This document shows, piece after piece, positions 16,768-24,629 of a stretch of DNA of 38,698 nucleotides (its first letter is position 1; each line of letters starts with the position of its first letter). The notes below the pieces were generated by a model that saw only the letters and a program-made list of their open reading frames with translations, ran no database searches and was not told the DNA's origin. The translations under genes and the position numbers were made by a program. The stretch covers positions 1,993-40,690 of the forward strand of contig DKQU01000009.1 in assembly GCA_002471865.1 (NCBI GenBank). Reading direction: 5' to 3'. The DNA is from Fidelibacterota bacterium UBA7300 (GTDB lineage Bacteria; Fidelibacterota; Marinisomatia; Marinisomatales; UBA2128).

Positions 16768-17949
16768 CTATTCAGCACTGTATTCCAAAAGTTCTCTGTC
16801 TAGCTGGAGGAAAAACTTTCCATCCTTGATCGGTAGAATATTCACAACTTTGTGGTAATCCCGGCTCACGGAAATCTCAGAGTGGCCCAACGTCTGCTGA
16901 TCAACGGTCATGATTCCAATGCTCCCCAATTCGTTTTTTCCTTCACTGTAGCGGCTGTTTCCGGCGTACAGGAGATGGACAGAAGAGCCTGCAGTAAAGA
17001 GTTCCAGCGGGATGAGCCTAGAGGGGAACTGAATCTCTGCCAAAGGTCTGTCGCTATTTGGTTTAAGGACAATCAGTCGCCTACTGTCTGCTGCGAACAA
17101 TGTTTCATCCGCCCAAATCATTTTCCTGGGAAGAATTTTGTAGTTGAAAGATGTTAAATCTTCCAGAGACAGTAGTATGAGTCTGTGCTGCTGATTGTAT
17201 TCCTGCCCAGATACAACTGTCCCGGAAATAGCGGCGTAGCCATTGGTGGAAAGAGAAATATTCCGCAGGACAGTAAGCGGCAATTCCTTTATTTCAAAGG
17301 GGGAATCGTTCAGATTCCAAGAGAACAGTGCAACATTATCTGTTTGATCCAGAGCTGCAGATTTCATTCCTGCTATATAAACGTGGCTCGGCGAATGGTG
17401 TGCAATAGCTATAACCTTTTCATGATCTCTATCATCATTGGAGAAGAGTGAATGAAATTCAGAAAGGGTGCCATCTTCATTCAGCAAGCGCACTTCTTGA
17501 CTCTGAGGATCGGTGATCACAATACGATTCCCGCCATTAATTGGGGCAAGGGAAGGAAAGGCATGATCCCAAGGGACATCTATTTCCCCGGAAAAAATCT
17601 CCTCATCCTCACTGGACATGACTGATATGGCCATAGTTCTGGAAGAGAACTGAACCGGATGTTCGATGGTGACGACTACGAATTGCTGAGTTCTATTTGA
17701 AGTGGTGGATATAACCTTCAGTACTTGTTCATTTTTATACTTCGTGATTGTTGGCCCAAGAGAGAGTTCATCTTCTATCCAGTAGCCGACGACTTCTCCA
17801 GCATGTGAAGTCAGAAGCTGAGCCCTCTCCGGAACGTCAAGAATGGTACGATTCTGAAGAGAGACCTGCCCAGAAAGTGATGAGATCGCAAATAGTGTAG
17901 CAAAAACAAGCGATAGATACCAAGTGTGTGTGTGGGTTTTGTACATCAC
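16768..17949 (-). CDS. Hypothetical secreted (periplasmic?) protein with no recognisable domain and no T9SS CTD
   Basis: 393-aa ORF with a signal-peptide-like N-terminus (WYLSLVFATLFAISSLSGQ). It is packed between the GHL10-like and M23 genes, with a 1-nt gap on one side and an 11-nt gap on the other. The only coding evidence is ORF length and operon context. Confidence 0.55.
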   Translation of the reverse strand: MMYKTHTHTWYLSLVFATLFAISSLSGQVSLQNRTILDVPERAQLLTSHAGEVVGYWIEDELSLGPTITKYKNEQVLKVISTTSNRTQQFVVVTIEHPVQFSSRTMAISVMSSEDEEIFSGEIDVPWDHAFPSLAPINGGNRIVITDPQSQEVRLLNEDGTLSEFHSLFSNDDRDHEKVIAIAHHSPSHVYIAGMKSAALDQTDNVALFSWNLNDSPFEIKELPLTVLRNISLSTNGYAAISGTVVSGQEYNQQHRLILLSLEDLTSFNYKILPRKMIWADETLFAADSRRLIVLKPNSDRPLAEIQFPSRLIPLELFTAGSSVHLLYAGNSRYSEGKNELGSIGIMTVDQQTLGHSEISVSRDYHKVVNILPIKDGKFFLQLDRELLEYSAE

Positions 17950-17950
17950 T

Positions 17951-19786
17951 TCATTTTATATATATCATAGGTATAGCTTGCATGTATTCATTTACACTTA
18001 ACTTACAAATATATACACCAGATGAAACTGGAAATCCTGTTTTATGTCTTGCATTCCAAATAATGGTATGTTCACCTGGAATAAAAGGATTATCTACAAG
18101 TGATATTACGTGGCGTCCAATCAAATCGTAAATATCCAGTTGGACAACCCCCAAATCTGGAAGTGAGAAAGGAATAACTGTTGTAGAATTGAATGGATTG
18201 GGAAAGTTATAACCGAGTGAATAGGAAGCGGGCAAGGGTGTTCTGCTTGCAAATACAATATTGGATGGGTCAGATTCATTCCTGGATCGATCAGCTTGAG
18301 TAGCAATGTACAGGGCAGTAGAATCTTGGACATTTGAAAAATCTGATTGGATCGTATAGGGTTCACCACCAAAGTGAATATCAATAATTTCAGATTCATC
18401 AGAGTTTATTAATTCTTCTGTTGAGCGGTAAAGAATTGACCACCTGTTTTCATTGGAATTGGATGGTATGATCGTAAGATCATGGGTAACCGAATCGATG
18501 TAGGTTAATATAAGGCTGGGAGCTTCTGGTGTTGACCCGTAGTTGCCCGGGATATTTCTTATCTTTGTTTTCTTGCTGAAAAAGGAGTTGCCGGCGGAAT
18601 ACCAGTAATCACGATCATCCCAGGATCCATAACTGAAAAACTGAAATCCATCAACCCATGGAATGGTACGGCAAGCTTCTACAATGGGATCATGATTGTC
18701 CCAGACATTATATTCTTCGAAGATGTATGATCCGGGACCCACGGTGAATAGTAGTCCGTCATTGATACCGGGTTGAATATACTGTCCCCAACATTCTGGA
18801 CAATTACCCTCCAGCATTCCGTAAAAGCTTTCCGCACTGTACCAGTGATAATGCATAGGCATGAGTTGATCAATATATCCTTCATTGAACCATAAAGCGG
18901 CATCCTGATAGACGGAGCCGTATCCCTGCCATCCTGACCAGTTATATTTTCCCAAAGCGGCCACAGAAAGACGAACATGTGGTTTTACAACTTGAATAGA
19001 GTCGTGAAGAGTGTTAACAAACTCAGTGACTGACCCGCGCCACCATTCTTCCCATGAGAAAAAGCCGTCAGGTACTCCTGCCGAGTATGGATGCAGATAG
19101 TCATAAAGATACCTTCCGGAACGGTTATTGTTTAGTGCTTCTAACTCTTCGTCGCTAATGATGCCGTCCATCCTTTGGAGTTCTTTTTCATGACTTACTT
19201 CTCCACGCAGACTGTTGGAATGTTCATTCCAACGGATATAATCCAGATGAAGGCCGTCTATATCGTAATTATTGACAATTTCCATAGCCACATCAATAGT
19301 GTACGCTCGCACATCTTCCAAGCCCGGGGATAAGGAGCGATAAGAATCCATACTGTAACCATCCTGATCACGGCAAATCCATTCGGGGTGTTCGGCAGCT
19401 GGTGCACCTTCATAAGTACTGGAACACTGAAAAACATTAAACCACGCATGGAGTTCTAAACCTCGTTTGTGTGCTTCCTGAATTGCATACTCCAATGGAT
19501 CATACCCTGGATACTGATACCCAGCATAATATCCCCACGGTTCATAGGACGATGTGTAGTAAGCTGTCCCACCTTGACGGACTTGAAACAGCACCGCGTT
19601 CATATTAGCTTCTTTATGGTTGTCCATGATCGTTTGAACATGTGCCTTATTAATATGAGCTGGAGCATTTCGGTCTATGTGATCCCAGGTAATCACCCAT
19701 GTAGCACGGAATTCTTTATTTTGTTGAGAAAGAAGGGACGAACAGATTGTCAAGAAAAGTCCCAATCTCTTTAACATAATTATCAT
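17951..19786 (-). CDS. Glycosyl-hydrolase-like 10 (GHL10, YddW/DigH-type, UPF0748) protein + T9SS C-terminal sorting domain
   Basis: EFRATWVITWDHID...NMNAVLFQVRQGGTAYYTSSYEPW...YDPLEYAIQEAHKRGLELHAWFNVF matches the YddW/GHL10 N-terminal pattern. The CTD reads GYNFPNPFNSTTVIPFSLP...SGVYICKL...PMIYIK. Confidence 0.75.
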   Translation of the reverse strand: MIIMLKRLGLFLTICSSLLSQQNKEFRATWVITWDHIDRNAPAHINKAHVQTIMDNHKEANMNAVLFQVRQGGTAYYTSSYEPWGYYAGYQYPGYDPLEYAIQEAHKRGLELHAWFNVFQCSSTYEGAPAAEHPEWICRDQDGYSMDSYRSLSPGLEDVRAYTIDVAMEIVNNYDIDGLHLDYIRWNEHSNSLRGEVSHEKELQRMDGIISDEELEALNNNRSGRYLYDYLHPYSAGVPDGFFSWEEWWRGSVTEFVNTLHDSIQVVKPHVRLSVAALGKYNWSGWQGYGSVYQDAALWFNEGYIDQLMPMHYHWYSAESFYGMLEGNCPECWGQYIQPGINDGLLFTVGPGSYIFEEYNVWDNHDPIVEACRTIPWVDGFQFFSYGSWDDRDYWYSAGNSFFSKKTKIRNIPGNYGSTPEAPSLILTYIDSVTHDLTIIPSNSNENRWSILYRSTEELINSDESEIIDIHFGGEPYTIQSDFSNVQDSTALYIATQADRSRNESDPSNIVFASRTPLPASYSLGYNFPNPFNSTTVIPFSLPDLGVVQLDIYDLIGRHVISLVDNPFIPGEHTIIWNARHKTGFPVSSGVYICKLSVNEYMQAIPMIYIK

Positions 19787-19953
19787 TTTATATCAGTATT
19801 AAATGAACAGAATTATTTAATGGTTTGCATTTAAGATAACTAAATCGGATGAAATTTAACGTTAATAGTTTTAATGAACGTGAAAATAGATTTAAATTGT
19901 ACTTAGATCAACTTTTGACAGTGCAACTTATTTTACCCATTCATTATATAAAT

Positions 19954-19986
19954 AAAAAAAGCCCCTTGGATCAAGGGGCTTTTTTT
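19954..19986 (-). terminator. Rho-independent terminator, symmetric (A-run / 8-bp GC-rich stem / T-run), downstream of the FG-GAP gene
   Basis: The sequence is aaaaaaAGCCCCTTggatcAAGGGGCTtttttt. It has a perfect 8-bp stem (19960-19967 pairing with 19973-19980) flanked by an A7 run and a T6 run. It lies 16 nt after the stop of the minus-strand gene 20002..21762 and separates that gene from the GHL10 operon. Confidence 0.85.
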
Positions 19987-20001
19987 ATGGTTAGTTAAGA
20001 T

Positions 20002-21762
20002 TTACTTAAGCAACATCATCTGTTTGGACTTTTCAAAGTTTCCAAACTTCAGCGCATAGATATACATGCCGCTTGTAACATTCATCCCGTTTGCATCTTT
20101 GCCATTCCACAAGACAGAGTAGTTGCCTGCACGTTGATATTCCCTGTCAACAAGCTTCACAATTTCCTGCCCCAACATATTGTAAATAGTCAGAGAAATC
20201 GTATTCTGAAGAGGAAGACTGTACTCAATCCTTGTCGTGGCGTTGAATGGATTCGGGAAGTTCTGTGCCAGTTTGTAATCTTCCGGCATAATGAACGTTA
20301 TATCTCGAACGGTAACGGATCCATCATATTCAGCTAGACGAAAGACACGGTTCCCAGCTGGATCGAGTTCACCGCTTTCAAGAGTATCATTGACAGCTTG
20401 GTAAGGCAATAGAACTCCGAAATCTGCATCTCCCGGAAACCACGCTTTAGCTTTGAAACCCCAACCGGAAGTTGCATCGTCAAGAGCATAAGAGCTATGA
20501 GTCCAACTTGAAGAATCCAGTGGGTTTCCTCCAGCGGCAAGTTCAAACAAGTTAATGTCGCTCACTCCGGCTGTTCCACCATGAATAACTCCACCCATGC
20601 CCGAATTTGTAAAGCCCGCGCCGGTTGAAGTACCAAATCCGCCGCCGCCACCAAATTCGTGAATAATAGCAATCTCACTATTGCCGGTCCAATCACCAGG
20701 GCCGCCCGTTGTGTCAAGATTCGTGGCATCACCATCAGAGTCGGTGATCACAAACAAGCTTCCATCATAGTAACCGGTAACATAGACTTCGTCTTTTCCG
20801 TCGCCGTCATTATCTGCAGCAGAAGCGCCCAGAGTCCAGTCATCGGAAATCCCGAGTTTACGGTATGTTGTGTCGCCAATGGTGTAAGCATCAGGACCGG
20901 TTGCTTCAATAAAGAACATTGCCAGATTATTCCACGAGAAACAGGCTGCTTCCAAATTACCATCACCATCTGTGTCACAGATAATAATTTCCTGAGGGCT
21001 TCCACCACCCAGGGCATTTTCTCTAACGCCGTCTTTATCGACATCCCGGGGTGCCATGGAATATTCTTCCACAATGGTGGCACCAAAACCGCCAATTTCG
21101 CCGTCTACGGACAAAATGATGAACCGATCTTCAGAGTAGGGAGTTGAACCATCCTGAGTCCCATAATACGGATCCGATCCCCCATTATTTGCAAGAAGAA
21201 TCTCATCCTGTCCGTCACCATCAATGTCTCCAACGGAGAATCCTTCAACACGGGATTCACCAAGTGAATCATTCAATGCACTAAAAAAGTCAACCCGAAA
21301 AGCGGCTTCTGTACCGTACCCGTTATCTGTACCGTCCCATTCGTAAACATGCAGCCCTGCATCAGGATTAGACTCTCCTGTCCAGCGTCCAACGTGAAAG
21401 ATGATTTCACCGTTCCCATCGCCATCCAGGTCTCCGGTATGCACATCGCGGGGTGTAGAATAATCTGCGGTTATTTCGGCAGATGCCCACACGAAGGCTA
21501 ACGTATCCGTTCCGGCTTCTTCAAAGCAGAATACTTGGCCACCGTTTGAATAACTGGACACCCAAACTTCGTTGAGGCCGTCGCCATCTAGATCGGTACC
21601 TGCCAGAGATCCACGAGAAACACCAGAGGGATCTCCGCCAAACAGACTGTCACCCGTCTCAGTTATGAACGAGGGAGCAACACCAGATTGTACGAAATCT
21701 CCAGCGAAAACAAAAGATACCGTGCAAGTAATAATAAAAAGACCAGTAACTATTTTTCTCAT
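20002..21762 (-). CDS. FG-GAP/VCBS-repeat (integrin-alpha-like beta-propeller) protein with a T9SS C-terminal sorting domain
   Basis: Signal peptide. Repeated Ca-binding-type motifs are present: TDLDGDGLNEVWV, GDLDGDGNGEIIF, GDIDGDGQDEILL, CDTDGDGNLEAAC and ADNDGDGKDEVYV. The CTD reads QNFPNPFNATTRIEYSLP...SGMYIYAL...KQMMLLK. Confidence 0.8.
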   Translation of the reverse strand: MRKIVTGLFIITCTVSFVFAGDFVQSGVAPSFITETGDSLFGGDPSGVSRGSLAGTDLDGDGLNEVWVSSYSNGGQVFCFEEAGTDTLAFVWASAEITADYSTPRDVHTGDLDGDGNGEIIFHVGRWTGESNPDAGLHVYEWDGTDNGYGTEAAFRVDFFSALNDSLGESRVEGFSVGDIDGDGQDEILLANNGGSDPYYGTQDGSTPYSEDRFIILSVDGEIGGFGATIVEEYSMAPRDVDKDGVRENALGGGSPQEIIICDTDGDGNLEAACFSWNNLAMFFIEATGPDAYTIGDTTYRKLGISDDWTLGASAADNDGDGKDEVYVTGYYDGSLFVITDSDGDATNLDTTGGPGDWTGNSEIAIIHEFGGGGGFGTSTGAGFTNSGMGGVIHGGTAGVSDINLFELAAGGNPLDSSSWTHSSYALDDATSGWGFKAKAWFPGDADFGVLLPYQAVNDTLESGELDPAGNRVFRLAEYDGSVTVRDITFIMPEDYKLAQNFPNPFNATTRIEYSLPLQNTISLTIYNMLGQEIVKLVDREYQRAGNYSVLWNGKDANGMNVTSGMYIYALKFGNFEKSKQMMLLK

Positions 21763-21906
21763 CCTTACCTCCTTTTTCTTTTTGATTTATTTTGTGTAGA
21801 TTAGTTTATCGATTTTTTACAGCCATAGTCAAGTAAAATCCTCTAATAATTATATCTTAACTTGCTTTTGACTTTGTCATATCGATTGCAATAAATTCAA
21901 CTTGAT

Positions 21907-24606
21907 ATGAAGGACGAAAAATTGGAAAGGAATTGTTTTGTGAATCTGAACCGTCAGTTTCTTATCCTTCTTTTATTAACATCTAATCTTTTTGCTGCAA
22001 GCGGCAAAGTTTCTGGTAGAATTATTAGTGCAGAAACGGGTGAACCTCTTCCTGGAGTTAATGTTATTATTGAAGAAGTATCACTAGGAGCTGCGACTGA
22101 TTTGAATGGTGAATATGTCATTTTAAATATACCCTCGGGGAGTTATACGCTTCATGTATCTTATATTGGATTTGCTAAGCATACGATTAAGGGTTTAAGC
22201 GTCTATACGGATCGGACAACTCGGCAAGATTTTTCCTTAAAACAGGAAGATATTGAGGGAGAAGAGGTTATAGTGGTAGCAGAAAGACCATTGATCCAGA
22301 AGGATCTAACAGCATCTCAAAAAACTCGAACAGCTGAGGATATTAAAGATATGCCGGTTGAAACCTTCTTGGGTGTTTTAACTACACAAGCAGGAGTAAA
22401 CCAGGGTGCAGGTGGAGAGCTTCATATAAGAGGCGGTCGATACAATGAAGTTGGGTATTACATAGATGGAATATCAGTAACTAATCCTTTTTTCACAAAT
22501 TCCCTTGCCACCAATGTAGCCAATAAAGCTATTGAGGAGATGAGAGTTGTAAGTGGTGCCTTTAATGCGGAATATGGGAATGCCATGAGTGGAATTGTTA
22601 ATCTTGAGATCAAAGAGGGAGGTCCAACATACGAAGGCAGTTTTTCCATGTATACCGGTGATTATCTCTCTAGTGATACCAAGATTTTTATGAATATTGA
22701 CGAGGTAAATTATTTATCCAATCAAGTTATTGAAGGAACGCTTAATGGTCCGGTACCTCTGCTTTCTACCGGGGGGAAATTCACTTTTAACGTAAGTGGA
22801 CGATACAGTAATAGTGACGGATATTTATATGGGAAACGGGAGCATCTGCCGGATGATTATGCAGATTTCAGGGTATCTGATTATTGGTATATTGAATTAG
22901 GTGGTGATAATAAATATGTACCTATGAATCCGTCAAACAGTTTGAATATGCTTACTAAACTAACTCTTAGAATTACCCCTAAGTTGAAAGTGTCGACACA
23001 GATGCTTCACGATCAACGCAATTGGAAATCATATAACCATGCGTACAAATACAATCCTGATGGCACTTACAATCACTTTACTGCAAATGACAATTTTTCT
23101 CTAAAGTTATCCCAAGTCTTCACAAAAACATTTTATGAAGCAAACGTGTTTTATTCTACTACGGATTTTAGCCAATATGTTTATGAAGACCCATTTGATG
23201 AAAGATATGTTTCTACAAATACTATTCAGGGAGCTCCTCCGACTACGACCTTCGTTTTCGGAGGTACACAGATGGGTCATTATTACCGGGAGTCTATATC
23301 CAAAGGAGGTAAATTTGACCTGACCAGCCAGATTACCAGTAAACATGAGATAAAAATAGGTGTTAGTGGTAGACTGGATGATCTTGAAGAAAACAATTTC
23401 ACCGTTCTCTATGATGGTTATGATTACCCAGTACCCACGGTTCTTCCTGCGAATGATTCCCCGAGCCATAACTATTATAACAAAAATGCATTTTTTGCCT
23501 CTTCCTACATTCAGGATAAAATTGAATACACTAACATGGTTGTAAATGCGGGTATCCGGTACGATTATTTTGATCCTAATGATAATTACATTGTGGATCA
23601 GTTAAATCCCGAGGGAGAAAGAGAGGAAGCCAAACCCAAATCAATGATCTCACCACGACTAGGTGTTTCATTTCCCATCACGGATCGCGGAGTTCTTCAC
23701 TTTTCCTATGGACATTTTTATCAAATGCCAACGCTGAGACGACTTTACAAAACCAGCATTTTTGGTGCTAATCTGTCACCGACGATCGGTTACAGTAATT
23801 TAAAGCCGGAAAAGACAGTAATGTATGAGTTTGGACTTCAGCAACAACTGTCTCACATTATAGCAGTTGATGTGAGCGCTTACTACAAGGACATTCGGGA
23901 TTTGCTTGCCGTTCAGTCCATAGATTATCAATCCCCAACTTACGGACCTGCTTCCTATAGCATTTATCTGAACAAAGATTATGCAACGGTGAAGGGTTTT
24001 GCTATCAGCTTAACAAAACGGTACGATCGTTTCTCTAAGACGTCTGCTTTTATTGATTATGCTTATCAGATGACCGATGGAAATGATGTTAACTCTGGAT
24101 CCTTCTACTTCAACGCATTGACAGGGGAAGAAGAGGAGAAAAGAATTGTTCCCCTTAATTGGGATCAATGGCATGTTTTTAACGCTACTATCACTATCAG
24201 TGATCCAAATAACTGGGGCATCAGTGTAATCGGTAAACTTTCAAGCGGTTGGCCTTATACGCCAGATATCCCCAATGCTAATTATGTCCCTGAATCTAAT
24301 AGCGCTCGAAAACCTTGGCAGAAAAGTGTAAATGTCAGAGTGTATAAAACCGTGAATGTGGGGAAAATGAATGTGGTTATATTTACCAAAATTTTTAATC
24401 TTTTTGATACGAGAAATGAAAGATACGTTTATGATGATACTGGTAGATCTGGTTATACTTTTATAAATCGAACCAATCAGGAAACAGAAGCATTTATAGA
24501 ACATTATGGCGAGCCCGGTGTTCATACCTGGGAAGAATATCAAGTTAGACCTCATTACTATAGTACTCCCCGATCAGTACAGATGGGGCTTTCACTGGAT
24601 TTTTAA
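21907..24606 (+). CDS. TonB-dependent outer-membrane receptor with an N-terminal carboxypeptidase-regulatory-like domain
   Basis: GKVSGRIISAETGEPLPGVNVIIEE..GAATDLNGEYVILNIPSGSYTLHVSYIGF is the CarbopepD_reg-like domain. The plug-like region reads EEVIVVAERP...DIKDMPVETFLGVLTTQAGV...LHIRGGR. A ~650-aa barrel follows, ending ..QMGLSLDF with a terminal Phe. The true start may be GTG 21940 (VNLNRQFLILLLLTSNLFAASG), which is preceded by GGAAAGGA. Confidence 0.85.
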   Translation: MKDEKLERNCFVNLNRQFLILLLLTSNLFAASGKVSGRIISAETGEPLPGVNVIIEEVSLGAATDLNGEYVILNIPSGSYTLHVSYIGFAKHTIKGLSVYTDRTTRQDFSLKQEDIEGEEVIVVAERPLIQKDLTASQKTRTAEDIKDMPVETFLGVLTTQAGVNQGAGGELHIRGGRYNEVGYYIDGISVTNPFFTNSLATNVANKAIEEMRVVSGAFNAEYGNAMSGIVNLEIKEGGPTYEGSFSMYTGDYLSSDTKIFMNIDEVNYLSNQVIEGTLNGPVPLLSTGGKFTFNVSGRYSNSDGYLYGKREHLPDDYADFRVSDYWYIELGGDNKYVPMNPSNSLNMLTKLTLRITPKLKVSTQMLHDQRNWKSYNHAYKYNPDGTYNHFTANDNFSLKLSQVFTKTFYEANVFYSTTDFSQYVYEDPFDERYVSTNTIQGAPPTTTFVFGGTQMGHYYRESISKGGKFDLTSQITSKHEIKIGVSGRLDDLEENNFTVLYDGYDYPVPTVLPANDSPSHNYYNKNAFFASSYIQDKIEYTNMVVNAGIRYDYFDPNDNYIVDQLNPEGEREEAKPKSMISPRLGVSFPITDRGVLHFSYGHFYQMPTLRRLYKTSIFGANLSPTIGYSNLKPEKTVMYEFGLQQQLSHIIAVDVSAYYKDIRDLLAVQSIDYQSPTYGPASYSIYLNKDYATVKGFAISLTKRYDRFSKTSAFIDYAYQMTDGNDVNSGSFYFNALTGEEEEKRIVPLNWDQWHVFNATITISDPNNWGISVIGKLSSGWPYTPDIPNANYVPESNSARKPWQKSVNVRVYKTVNVGKMNVVIFTKIFNLFDTRNERYVYDDTGRSGYTFINRTNQETEAFIEHYGEPGVHTWEEYQVRPHYYSTPRSVQMGLSLDF

Positions 24607-24629
24607 TGTTAATCAGGAGTTGTTTGTAA

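Noticed and set aside
20659-21147. 162-aa plus-strand ORF, one of the longest unexplained ORFs in the track
   Set aside because: It lies entirely antisense within the FG-GAP gene (20002..21762), whose repeats and T9SS CTD are unmistakable. The antisense translation is low-complexity with no motif. The same reasoning applies to the other embedded antisense or out-of-frame ORFs, including 2224..2457, 2473..2775, 2778..3098, 15325..15609, 16852..17157, 18679..18978, 19469..19774, 20748..21095, 23107..23469, 24241..24555, 24687..25046, 30929..31291, 31888..32178 and 32063..32338.
21868-21895. Sigma70-like promoter TTGACT-16 nt-AATAAA (with TG upstream of the -10) in front of the TonB-dependent receptor
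   Set aside because: The -10 element is weak, and in this AT-rich spacer such matches are expected by chance. It would also place the TSS only ~5-10 nt before ATG 21907. FCB-group promoters often use different consensus elements. I cannot support it without TSS data.
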